Source of the DNA: Enterobacteria phage vB_EcoM_IME338
Direction: 5' to 3' (one strand)
Length of the DNA: 64,000 nucleotides
Sequence record: MH051914
Position numbers and translations under genes: made by a program. The notes under the pieces were generated by a model that saw only the letters and a program-made list of their open reading frames with translations, did not search any database and was not told the origin of the DNA. The stretch's first letter is position 1. Each line of letters starts with the position of its first letter. Below, in pieces: positions 27,396 through 34,758 of this stretch.

Positions 27396-27526
27396 CAGAA
27401 AACCGTTTACAGCAAAACTTAAACAATCTATTTCTCGGTAAAGAAAAGGCGAAGGTTCGATTCCTTCACTCGGCAGATGTCGAGTTGGTGTAATGGTAGC
27501 ACTTAAGATGATAAACAACGGTCTGG
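27396..27526 (+). ncRNA. YrlA-like RNA candidate: terminal helix enclosing a permuted tRNA-like module
   Basis: ends CAGAAAACCGTTTACAGCAA / AACGGTCTGG; internal T-arm GAAGG-TTCGATT-CCTTC, closed acceptor-like hairpin ACTCGGC-AGAT-GTCGAGT, D-arm GTGT-AATGGTA-GCAC. Confidence 0.5.
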
Positions 27527-27529
27527 TAA

Positions 27530-27669
27530 TTATCTTTGTAGATAAGTTATTAAGCTTACCTGTGAGTATGCGACCACAAAGGGTGAAAGGGTAAATTCTA
27601 GATTTAAACCCAACAAGGCACATCGCTACAGACCTTAAGCAAGTCTGGGTAGCTTATCTACAAAGATAA
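27530..27669 (+). ncRNA. structured RNA candidate with perfect 17-bp terminal stem
   Basis: TTATCTTTGTAGATAAG pairs with CTTATCTACAAAGATAA about 105 nt away; inner bulged hairpin CTACAGAC/GTCTGGGTAG. Confidence 0.4.
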
Positions 27670-27675
27670 TTTAAT

Positions 27676-27751
27676 GGAAGTGTAGCAGAATGGTGATGCG
27701 GCAGACTTTTAATCTGACAGGCGATGGGTTCGAATCCCTCCACTTCTACCA
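27676..27751 (+). tRNA. tRNA-Lys (anticodon TTT)
   Basis: acceptor GGAAGTG/CACTTCT, anticodon loop CTTTTAA, T-loop TTCGAAT; T-stem only 3 G-C pairs. Confidence 0.6.
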
Positions 27752-27755
27752 ATAT

Positions 27756-27832
27756 GGTTCAGTCGCAGATAAGGTAATGCAGGGGTCTCATAAGCCCTAT
27801 GAATGTGGGTTCGATTCCCATCTGAACCTCCA
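27756..27832 (+). tRNA. tRNA-Met (anticodon CAT; initiator/elongator/Ile2 not resolved)
   Basis: acceptor GGTTCAG/CTGAACC, anticodon arm GGGGT-CTCATAA-GCCCT, T-arm GTGGG-TTCGATT-CCCAT. Confidence 0.7.
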
Positions 27833-27834
27833 AT

Positions 27835-27910
27835 GCTGTGAAAGCACATATGGATGTGCATTCGGCTGATAACCGAAAGGCAGAAGGTTCGAATCCTTCT
27901 CACAGTACCA
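27835..27910 (+). tRNA. tRNA-Ile (anticodon GAT)
   Basis: canonical: D GCAC/GTGC, anticodon arm TTCGG-CTGATAA-CCGAA, T-arm GAAGG-TTCGAAT-CCTTC, CCA. Confidence 0.85.
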
Positions 27911-27925
27911 ATTTCAATAAAGTTG

Positions 27926-27954
27926 TTGACATTGATGTGTGACTACTTTATAGT
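27926..27954 (+). promoter_or_regulatory. internal sigma70-like promoter within tRNA region
   Basis: TTGACA-N17-TATAGT. Confidence 0.55.
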
Positions 27955-28157
27955 AACCTTAGTTTTCGTTGCGTAGCGTCTATTTTGCAAATCTAAAATA
28001 AATGCAAACGACAATGTTTTTCTGGCAGTAGCTTGATAGGCTAAACACCAGTGAGGTCTTCCAATCCCTCATCAAAGAATTTGGCGTACTCGCCCACGGT
28101 ATGATTAATAAGGTGGGCATCTTTAAGGGCTTTCTAAGAGAGTCTTTAAAGATTAAT

Positions 28158-28234
28158 GCACCCTTAGTTCAACTGGACAGAACAAATGACTTCTAATCAT
28201 TAGGTTACAGGTTCGAATCCTGTAGGGTGTGCCA
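28158..28234 (+). tRNA. tRNA-Arg (anticodon TCT)
   Basis: D GTTC/GAAC, anticodon arm AATGA-CTTCTAA-TCATT, T-arm ACAGG-TTCGAAT-CCTGT, CCA. Confidence 0.8.
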
Positions 28235-28376
28235 AATAGTTAGCAGATTGCTTAGACGACCTTATCGGGTCTCCGTGTAAGGAGGTGGTCTGTATCTCAT
28301 GTTTTCCAGAACATGTAAATAATCTGAGAAGGGGCTTTACAGTGTTGTGAAAATACGGTAAGCTTCGAATTATAGT

Positions 28377-28459
28377 GTGGGACGATGTTAAGACTCTAAG
28401 GCATGAGCAACGGCTTCCAACACCGTTTCAAAGGGGTTCAACTCCTCCGTCCCATGCCA
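28377..28459 (+). tRNA. tRNA-Trp-like (anticodon CCA) with 7-nt insertion between acceptor stem and D-arm
   Basis: acceptor GTGGGAC/GTCCCAT + CCA; D ACTC-TAAGGCAT-GAGC; anticodon arm AACGG(C)-TTCCAAC-(A)CCGTT with 31-39 mismatch; T-loop TTCAACT; 9-nt connector instead of 2. Confidence 0.45.
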
Positions 28460-28472
28460 AAGTCTTATTAGG

Positions 28473-28560
28473 GGTAGGTAGCGGCTAATGGTAGCCAAAC
28501 TGTCTTGAAAACAGTTGCCACTGTAGAGATACGGTGAGGGTTCGACTCCTTTACTTACCG
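28473..28560 (+). tRNA. tRNA-Ser (anticodon TGA), class II
   Basis: acceptor GGTAGGT/ACTTACC, anticodon arm ACTGT-CTTGAAA-ACAGT, variable arm stem CTGTA/TACGG, T-loop TTCGACT. Confidence 0.7.
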
Positions 28561-28817
28561 CCTAATAAGATTTAAAGCCAAGCTTCATTCGGATGTTGCT
28601 TTGGTATCCCTCGTGTATTGTCGTACACCCTGATAAAGCACCTAGTAGGTGTCACGGAGAAGAGATAATATCAAGCTCTCCAAAGGTTCTAGTCACCGGA
28701 TTGAACAAGACTATGCAAAGACCAATTTAGGTCTTTTTAGAGGGCTTCTAAGGTTATTACAGCTTGTTGTGGAACCTTGTTGCTTAGGTTCTTAGAAGTT
28801 CTCTAAAAAGATTTAAT

Positions 28818-28894
28818 GCACCTATAGCCCAACTGGTAGAGGCAGCAGACTTAGAATCTGCTCAGTGTGAGTTCGAATCTCTCTAGGTGTACCA
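28818..28894 (+). tRNA. tRNA with anticodon TAG (Leu by anticodon) but short variable arm
   Basis: acceptor GCACCTA/TAGGTGT, anticodon arm GCAGA-CTTAGAA-TCTGC, T-loop TTCGAAT, A73, CCA. Confidence 0.6.
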
Positions 28895-28901
28895 AATTAA
28901 T

Positions 28902-28977
28902 GCAGGTGTAGCAAAATGGTTATGCGGCTGACTCTTAATCAGTAAGACGATGGGTTCAATTCCCTCCACCTGTACCA
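28902..28977 (+). tRNA. tRNA-Lys (anticodon CTT)
   Basis: paralog of Lys-TTT gene; anticodon loop CTCTTAA; CCA. Confidence 0.6.
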
Positions 28978-28983
28978 AACATT

Positions 28984-29059
28984 GGGGTCATAGTTTATAT
29001 GGTTAAAATTCGAGTTTTGCAAACTTGGGAACTGAGTTCAATTCTCAGTGACTCCACCA
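28984..29059 (+). tRNA. tRNA-Ala (anticodon TGC)
   Basis: acceptor GGGGTCA/TGACTCC with G3-U70 identity pair, anticodon loop TTTGCAA, T-arm CTGAG-TTCAATT-CTCAG, CCA. Confidence 0.8.
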
Positions 29060-29065
29060 ATTAGT

Positions 29066-29140
29066 GCATCCATAGTTTAAACGGGAAAATTACAGTCTTC
29101 CAAACTGAGGTTGAGGGTTCGATTCCCTCTGGATGCTCCA
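29066..29140 (+). tRNA. tRNA-Gly (anticodon TCC)
   Basis: acceptor GCATCCA/TGGATGC, anticodon loop CTTCCAA, T-arm GAGGG-TTCGATT-CCCTC, CCA. Confidence 0.75.
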
Positions 29141-29147
29141 AATTAAT

Positions 29148-29224
29148 GCTGCTTTCGTATAATTGGCTATTACACATCCCTTGTAAGGATGGAAATGCAG
29201 GTTCGAGTCCTGTGAGCAGCACCA
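29148..29224 (+). tRNA. tRNA-Thr (anticodon TGT)
   Basis: anticodon arm CATCC-CTTGTAA-GGATG, T-arm GCAGG-TTCGAGT-CCTGT, CCA. Confidence 0.75.
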
Positions 29225-29227
29225 ATT

Positions 29228-29319
29228 CAGAGGTCAAGTGAAAGACCGCTGGTGTCAACTGAAGACCGTAACAAATTCCACGGAGTTGAGTTAGCGGCAC
29301 AACTTCAGACCTCTTTCAT
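29228..29319 (+). ncRNA. structured element E6 with two GAAGACC-type motifs
   Basis: CAGAGGTC...GACCTCTTTCAT terminal pairing; internal GTGAAAGACCGC and CTGAAGACCGTAACAAA. Confidence 0.3.
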
Positions 29320-29394
29320 ACTCGCTTAGTTTATATGGTAAAACACCACCCTTACAAGATGAAGAAAAAGGTTCAAGTCCTTTAGTGAGTACCA
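29320..29394 (+). tRNA. tRNA-Val-like (anticodon TAC) with weak anticodon stem; possible pseudo-tRNA
   Basis: good acceptor, D-arm GTTT/AAAC, T-arm AAAGG-TTCAAGT-CCTTT; anticodon loop CTTACAA but stem CCACC/GATGA has 3 of 5 pairs. Confidence 0.45.
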
Positions 29395-29395
29395 T

Positions 29396-29474
29396 GTTCC
29401 AGTATCCCAATTGGCAGAGAGGCCAGACTTAAAATCTGTGTTATGTATCGGTTCGAATCCGATATGGAGTACCA
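29396..29474 (+). tRNA. tRNA-Leu-like (anticodon TAA), atypical 5' half
   Basis: T-arm ATCGG-TTCGAAT-CCGAT, anticodon loop CTTAAAA, acceptor GTTCCAG/ATGGAGT with two G-U pairs; D-arm pairing ambiguous. Confidence 0.45.
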
Positions 29475-29479
29475 AATTT

Positions 29480-29555
29480 AGCGGTATAGCATAACTGGCA
29501 ATGCAACAGTCTCTGAAGCTGTCTTATTAAGGTTCAAATCCTTATGCCGCTGCCA
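29480..29555 (+). tRNA. tRNA-Gln (anticodon CTG)
   Basis: D GCAT/ATGC, anticodon arm ACAGT-CTCTGAA-GCTGT, T-arm TAAGG-TTCAAAT-CCTTA, CCA. Confidence 0.75.
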
Positions 29556-29586
29556 CTTCTAAGGATTCTTACGAGAGTCCTTAAAT

Positions 29587-29662
29587 GTGGCCTTATCATA
29601 AATGGTAATAACCCATGCTGTGAACATGGTCTATACGGGTTCAAATCCCGTAGGTCACCCCA
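29587..29662 (+). tRNA. tRNA-His (anticodon GTG)
   Basis: anticodon arm CCATG-CTGTGAA-CATGG, T-arm ACGGG-TTCAAAT-CCCGT, C73, CCA; no encoded G-1. Confidence 0.7.
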
Positions 29663-29667
29663 ATTTA

Positions 29668-29744
29668 TAGTCCAAGTAGCTTATATGGTTAAAGCGCGTG
29701 TCTGAAAAACATGAGAAGAGGGTTCAAATCCCACTGGACTACCA
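29668..29744 (+). tRNA. tRNA-Phe-like (anticodon GAA), 4-nt acceptor/D connector
   Basis: perfect acceptor TAGTCCA/TGGACTA, D GCTT/AAGC, anticodon arm CGTGT-CTGAAAA-ACATG, T-loop TTCAAAT. Confidence 0.55.
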
Positions 29745-29760
29745 ATTTCAAAGGTGCTTA

Positions 29761-30495
29761 ATGAAAGAGATGACAGAACAAGGTAAGGAGATTTTTAATC
29801 TCTTAAAAACCGGTAGAGGGTTTTCTAATCCCCTTATTACTGGTGCAGCAGTTCTCGGTGGAACCGTAGCTGCCTCTACATCACTTATAAGCTCTATTAG
29901 CTCTGTAACAGACCCTACAATAAAGGATAAACTTGTTGCTGCTGGACTGACAACAGTTCTGCTTAACAGCTTTACAACGAGCCTGACAAGCACTACATCA
30001 ACCACTAAGACATTGACAGACTACGGTCAAAAGTCTATTGATGAGTTTTCATCACGTATGCAGGTAGCAAAAGGCTATTCTAATGTTATGGGTGCAGCAG
30101 GAGAGCAAGTTGGTTGTACACCATTTAGTGGTATTATGGGTGTTGCTACAGAGTATGGTCAAAAAGCTATTGACACAATTAACAGTGCACTAGATGGTGT
30201 TAATGATGTATTAAGCGACTTACAAGATGCTATTGATAAAGGTCTTGATACTATTTCTGATTTAGCTAACCAAGCTGTTAGCAAGATTAATGAAGGTATC
30301 TCAAAGATTACAGCTTATGCAGATGAAGTTGTGCAGATGATTGAAGAAGAAGCTGCCCTTATTGCAGAGTACCTTAAAACGAATATCAATGGGTTCTTAG
30401 CAGGTATCTTACCAGACTGGTTTGACGATGCTTGTAAAACTGGTGTAATTGATACTATTGCAACACCAGAAATGAAGAACGCATTACAGAAATAA
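29761..30495 (+). CDS. hypothetical Ser/Thr/Ala-rich protein embedded in tRNA array
   Basis: start reset to ATG 29761 with AAAGGTG RBS; track start 29698 would overlap tRNA-Phe-like gene. Confidence 0.5.
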   Translation: MKEMTEQGKEIFNLLKTGRGFSNPLITGAAVLGGTVAASTSLISSISSVTDPTIKDKLVAAGLTTVLLNSFTTSLTSTTSTTKTLTDYGQKSIDEFSSRMQVAKGYSNVMGAAGEQVGCTPFSGIMGVATEYGQKAIDTINSALDGVNDVLSDLQDAIDKGLDTISDLANQAVSKINEGISKITAYADEVVQMIEEEAALIAEYLKTNINGFLAGILPDWFDDACKTGVIDTIATPEMKNALQK

Positions 30496-30496
30496 T

Positions 30497-30589
30497 GGAA
30501 GATTAACCCTAAAAGGTAAGGGAGCAGTTTGCTAAACTGCCAGTAGCTGAGAAATCGGTGTACCAGTTCAAGTCTGGTATCTTCCTCCA
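30497..30589 (+). tRNA. tRNA-Ser (anticodon GCT), class II
   Basis: acceptor GGAAGAT/ATCTTCC, anticodon arm GCAGT-TTGCTAA-ACTGC, long variable arm, T-arm ACCAG-TTCAAGT-CTGGT, CCA. Confidence 0.75.
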
Positions 30590-30593
30590 ATTT

Positions 30594-30669
30594 GAATCCG
30601 TGACAGAAATGGATATGTGCCTGTCTGCAAAACAGGTTTATAAGGGTTCGAGTCCCTTCGGATTCTCCA
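30594..30669 (+). tRNA. tRNA-Cys (anticodon GCA)
   Basis: acceptor GAATCCG/CGGATTC, anticodon arm CCTGT-CTGCAAA-ACAGG, T-arm AAGGG-TTCGAGT-CCCTT, CCA. Confidence 0.8.
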
Positions 30670-30706
30670 AGTTATTTTACTCTCTCTCAATTAAAATAAT
30701 AATAAT

Positions 30707-30766
30707 GCCCTGCTATAAGTATTCTTCCTTTCGCTACCGAAGAGTATTTTTAGACAGGGCTTTTTT
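30707..30766 (+). terminator. compound terminator hairpin
   Basis: GCCCTG ... CAGGGC followed by T6, inner hairpin. Confidence 0.5.
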
Positions 30767-30831
30767 ACAGAGTTATACTTTATAAGAAGACTTATACAGT
30801 ATGTCTCTGACGTACATTGTGGTTTCTCCTT

Positions 30832-30855
30832 GACGGTCTCTGTACCGTCTTTTTT
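30832..30855 (+). terminator. rho-independent terminator
   Basis: GACGGT-CTCTGT-ACCGTC followed by T6. Confidence 0.6.
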
Positions 30856-30891
30856 AAGGAGAAACATGGTTAATTATTTGGAGAAAACATA

Positions 30892-31092
30892 ATGAGCGAG
30901 ACCGTTTATAAAGAACTTTATGAAGCTAATAAGAAGCTAGAATTTATGCAGAACACTATCATGGCAATTGCAGACAGATTGTCTGTAGCAACAGGTATTG
31001 ATATTAAAGAGGCATCTATGGATGCACTTCTTGATGCTGTTGATGCAAAGTTCGAAGTTAAGAAAGAAGAGACTGCTACAGACTCTGAATAA
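30892..31092 (+). CDS. small hypothetical protein upstream of terminase
   Basis: 66 aa, GGAG RBS; too short to call small terminase with confidence. Confidence 0.45.
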   Translation: MSETVYKELYEANKKLEFMQNTIMAIADRLSVATGIDIKEASMDALLDAVDAKFEVKKEETATDSE

Positions 31093-31113
31093 TTCTATTT
31101 GCGGAGGCGCTTA

Positions 31114-32715
31114 ATGGACTTAAATGCTGTTAAGCAGAAGCGAGTGGAAGATGTTAGGAAAGTCCTAGCTGGAGAGTTGGGGCTTTCTGATGAAGTAAAA
31201 GAAATTATCAAATCATTCGGTAAAGACCCCTCTAAATTCCTTCCAACTCAAATTCTGACTTTATTAAGATACACACCAGACCAAGTTCGCCTCATCTTTA
31301 AATTGATGACTGATAAGAACTATGTAGCCCCTCAACCGGGTTCTCAAGAGGTGTTTTTAAATACTAATGCTGACTTGGTTTTATATGGTGGTGCTGCTGG
31401 TGCTGGTAAAACTGCTGCATTGTTAATGGACTCTTTAAGGTTTATTGAAGACCCTAACTATAATGCTGTATATTTCCGTCGAAATACAACACAGTTACAA
31501 GGTGGTTTATGGCCTGCTGCAAAGAAACTATTTGGTAAGTTTGGTGGGGTTCCTCACGAGCAGAAGATGACTATCACATTCCCTTCTGGGGCAACTATCA
31601 AGTTCACCTACCTAGAACTTGAAAAGCACGCTGAAGGTCATCAGGGTATTGAATACTCAGCTATTTACTTTGACGAAGGTACACACTTCTCAGCTTCACA
31701 GATTTCATACCTACAGACTCGTCTACGTTCCGGTGCTGAAGGTGATTCATACATGAAGATTTCTATGAACCCAGATAGAGACCACTTCATTTATGATTGG
31801 GTAGAGCCATTCTTAGATGAAGAAGGTTATCCAGACCCTGAGAAATGTGGTCGTATTCGTTGGTATGTTATGAATGATGGTGTGATGGTTTCTGATTGGG
31901 AGAGAGACAAGATTCTTGAAATGTTCCCTCTTGAGATTCCTCAGACATACACCTTCATCTCTGGTACGATTGATGATAACCCAATTCTTGACTTCTTAGA
32001 ACCTAAATATCGTGGTAAGTTGGAAAACAACACACCTGTAAACGTTGCAAGACTTCGTTTCGGTAACTGGAAGGCTCGTGCAGAAGGTTCAAACTATTGG
32101 CAAAGACAATGGTGTGAGATTGTTGATTCACTACCAGAAGATGTTTTTGATGTCAGAGCATGGGACTTAGCAGCGACTTTACCATCTGAAATTAACCCTA
32201 ACCCAGACTGGACAGCGGGTGTTAAGATGGGTAAATCTAAAAAAGACGGTTGCTATTATATCATTGATGTAGTAAGATTTAGAGATAGACCCTCTGGAGT
32301 CGAAACACAAATTAATTTGACTGCTGAAAGTGACGGTAAGCGAACTGGTATTTTTATCCCTCAAGACCCAGGCGCTGCTGGTAAATCCTATGCAACATCC
32401 CTCATCAGGAAACTTGCCGAGAAAGGTTATCGCGCAAGAGCTAAACCCACAAATAAAGATAAAGTTACCCGCTTTGCGGGATTTTCTGCTGCTTCTGAAG
32501 CTGGACTTGTAAAAGTCTTGAGAGGTAGTTGGAACGAAGCTTACTTCCAAGAACTTGAAGGTTTTTGTGGTGATGGCAAAACTAAAGATGACCAAGTGGA
32601 TGCTACCAGTGATGCTTTCAACAGTCTTAATGAAGTTAAATTATTCAAGCCACCATCAATGGGTGCTCACACAGACTTAGTGAGAGGAAACCCATATGAG
32701 GGGCTTAGACGTTGA
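31114..32715 (+). CDS. terminase large subunit
   Basis: Walker A LYGGAAGAGKT; GGAGG RBS before ATG 31114 (track start 31099); precedes portal. Confidence 0.75.
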   Translation: MDLNAVKQKRVEDVRKVLAGELGLSDEVKEIIKSFGKDPSKFLPTQILTLLRYTPDQVRLIFKLMTDKNYVAPQPGSQEVFLNTNADLVLYGGAAGAGKTAALLMDSLRFIEDPNYNAVYFRRNTTQLQGGLWPAAKKLFGKFGGVPHEQKMTITFPSGATIKFTYLELEKHAEGHQGIEYSAIYFDEGTHFSASQISYLQTRLRSGAEGDSYMKISMNPDRDHFIYDWVEPFLDEEGYPDPEKCGRIRWYVMNDGVMVSDWERDKILEMFPLEIPQTYTFISGTIDDNPILDFLEPKYRGKLENNTPVNVARLRFGNWKARAEGSNYWQRQWCEIVDSLPEDVFDVRAWDLAATLPSEINPNPDWTAGVKMGKSKKDGCYYIIDVVRFRDRPSGVETQINLTAESDGKRTGIFIPQDPGAAGKSYATSLIRKLAEKGYRARAKPTNKDKVTRFAGFSAASEAGLVKVLRGSWNEAYFQELEGFCGDGKTKDDQVDATSDAFNSLNEVKLFKPPSMGAHTDLVRGNPYEGLRR

Positions 32716-32731
32716 TAGCTAGGTGAGAAGA

Positions 32732-34258
32732 ATGGCAGAAATTACAGAAACACAAGAAAGCTTACCACCATTTAGAATGGGTGAAGTAGGTTCTTTGGGT
32801 CTGAAGGTTAAGAATGGTAGAATCTATGAAGAACCTCGTCAGGCACTAAGGTTCCCTGAAAGTATTAAAACTTTCCAATTAATGATGCGTGACCCTGCTG
32901 TAGCAGCATCTGTAAATATTATTAAGATGTTTGTCAGAAAAGTCAACTGGAGATTCGTACCTCCAAAGGGAAAAGAGCAAGACCCTAAAATGCTTGAAAG
33001 AGCAGACTTCTTTAATTCTTTAATGGATGACATGGAGCATGATTGGGCAGATTTTATTAACTCTGTAATGTCATTCTGCACTTATGGATTCTGTGTTAAC
33101 GAAAAGGTTTATAAGAAACGTCAGGGTAAAAAAGGAAAGTACCAGTCAAAATTTGATGATGGTCTAATTGGGTGGGCTAAATTACCAATCAGAAATCAAT
33201 CAACGCTTGATAAGTGGTATTTTGACGAAGACTTTAGAAAAGTTACTGGTGTAAGACAGAATCTGAGAAATGTTTCACATATTGCTGGAGCAATTAATCT
33301 TGGAGAAAGACCACTAACAAGAAAACTCCCACGAGCTAAGTTCATGCTGTTTAAGTATGATGATGAGTATGGTAACCCAGAAGGTCGTTCACCAGCTAAG
33401 TTCATGCTGTTTAAGTATGATGATGAGTATGGTAACCCAGAAGGTCGTTCACCATTACTTAATGCTTATGTACCGTGGAAGTATAAAGTACAGATTGAAG
33501 AGTATGAAGCTGTTGGTGTTTCAAGAGACTTGGTAGGTATGCCAAAGATTGGTTTACCACCAGATTATCTGGATGAAAATGCAGAACCTGAAAAGAAAGC
33601 TTTCGTACAATACTGCAAAACTGTTGTTAATGATATGATTGCTAACGACAGAGCAGGTTTAATCTGGCCTAGATATATCGACCCAGATACTAAAGAGGAT
33701 ATTTTCGAGTTCTCATTAGTTTCTAGACAGGGTGCTAAAGCATATGACACAGGCTCTATTATTGACAGGTATTCTAAGCAGATTATGATGGCATTTATGT
33801 CAGATGTTCTTGCTATGGGTCAATCAAAATATGGTTCATTCTCTCTTGCAGATTCTAAGACAAGCTTATTAGCAATGTCAGTAGACATTCTGCTGAAGCA
33901 AATTAAGAACGTAATCAACCGCGACTTAGTTGCACAGACTTATGCTCTTAATATGTGGGATGATGAAGAACATGTGCAAATCACATATGATGATATCGAA
34001 ACTCCAGACCTTGAAGTAATTGGTTCTTACATTCAGAAGACTGTTGCAGTAGGTGCTTTGGAAGTTGACAAAGAGCTATCTAATAAACTTAGAGAGCATA
34101 TTGGTCTTCCTCCTGCTGATGAGTCTCAGCCAGTATCTGAAAAGCTTTCTCCAAATAGCCAAAGCCGTTCAGGAGATGGTTATAAGACCGCTGGAGAAGG
34201 TACTGCAAAGACACCTTCAGCGAAAGACCCAAGCACAGCAAATAAGGCAAATAAATAA
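32732..34258 (+). CDS. portal protein (candidate), contains 60-bp in-frame tandem duplication
   Basis: about 508 aa directly after terminase; AGGTGAG RBS before ATG 32732; duplicated 20-aa unit AKFMLFKYDDEYGNPEGRSP. Confidence 0.6.
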   Translation: MAEITETQESLPPFRMGEVGSLGLKVKNGRIYEEPRQALRFPESIKTFQLMMRDPAVAASVNIIKMFVRKVNWRFVPPKGKEQDPKMLERADFFNSLMDDMEHDWADFINSVMSFCTYGFCVNEKVYKKRQGKKGKYQSKFDDGLIGWAKLPIRNQSTLDKWYFDEDFRKVTGVRQNLRNVSHIAGAINLGERPLTRKLPRAKFMLFKYDDEYGNPEGRSPAKFMLFKYDDEYGNPEGRSPLLNAYVPWKYKVQIEEYEAVGVSRDLVGMPKIGLPPDYLDENAEPEKKAFVQYCKTVVNDMIANDRAGLIWPRYIDPDTKEDIFEFSLVSRQGAKAYDTGSIIDRYSKQIMMAFMSDVLAMGQSKYGSFSLADSKTSLLAMSVDILLKQIKNVINRDLVAQTYALNMWDDEEHVQITYDDIETPDLEVIGSYIQKTVAVGALEVDKELSNKLREHIGLPPADESQPVSEKLSPNSQSRSGDGYKTAGEGTAKTPSAKDPSTANKANK

Positions 34259-34758
34259 TGGCTGAAGTTATCTCTATTTCAAATGCTACACGGGTGCATT
34301 CGTATAGAGGTGTCCTTATCATCACTGATAAGTTATCTGTAGAGGCTGGCTCAAGGGTCAGCCTTTCAGGTTATGTTAGTGATGGTGGAGCCTCTGACGT
34401 TTTCACTATTTGCAGGTTACTTGATGCACCAATGAGTGGAAAACCGTTTATTTCAGGAAATTGTAGTGAAATTGTTAAAATTCCATTTGACAGTTCATGC
34501 CTTTTGGGTGTAAAGTTATATAACTGCGAGAATAAACGTATCAATGTTAAAAGCATTGAAGCCGCTTTCATTACCCTCGACACTGCATTTCAATCTCCAA
34601 TGACAGTTAATAAAGAAACAAACAGACTTGAATACATTTTTTCACAAAATGATTACAAAGTACTTGTCAAAGGTAAAGTATATGATATGATTGTAAATGT
34701 GGTAGATGAATCTGGTAACCATTCAACAGTCCTTAAACAAAAAGTAAGGTTTAATTAA
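34258..34758 (+). CDS. hypothetical head-module protein
   Basis: 166-aa ORF. Confidence 0.5.
   Translation: MAEVISISNATRVHSYRGVLIITDKLSVEAGSRVSLSGYVSDGGASDVFTICRLLDAPMSGKPFISGNCSEIVKIPFDSSCLLGVKLYNCENKRINVKSIEAAFITLDTAFQSPMTVNKETNRLEYIFSQNDYKVLVKGKVYDMIVNVVDESGNHSTVLKQKVRFN

Noticed and set aside
29698-29760. ORF-track start at 29698 for the 29761-30495 protein
   Set aside because: The extension overlaps the tRNA-Phe-like gene and lacks an RBS; the ATG at 29761 has an AAAGGTG RBS.
26600-30700. tRNA cluster as a prophage integration site
   Set aside because: No integrase, excisionase or att-like direct repeats; the tRNAs are a phage-encoded array with their own promoters, as in large virulent phages.
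30892-31092. Terminase small subunit assignment for the 66-aa ORF
   Set aside because: Position is suggestive, but the product is very short with no recognisable DNA-binding motif; left as hypothetical.
32179-32595. 138-aa minus-strand ORF
   Set aside because: Antisense within the terminase large subunit gene, which has Walker A and strong context.
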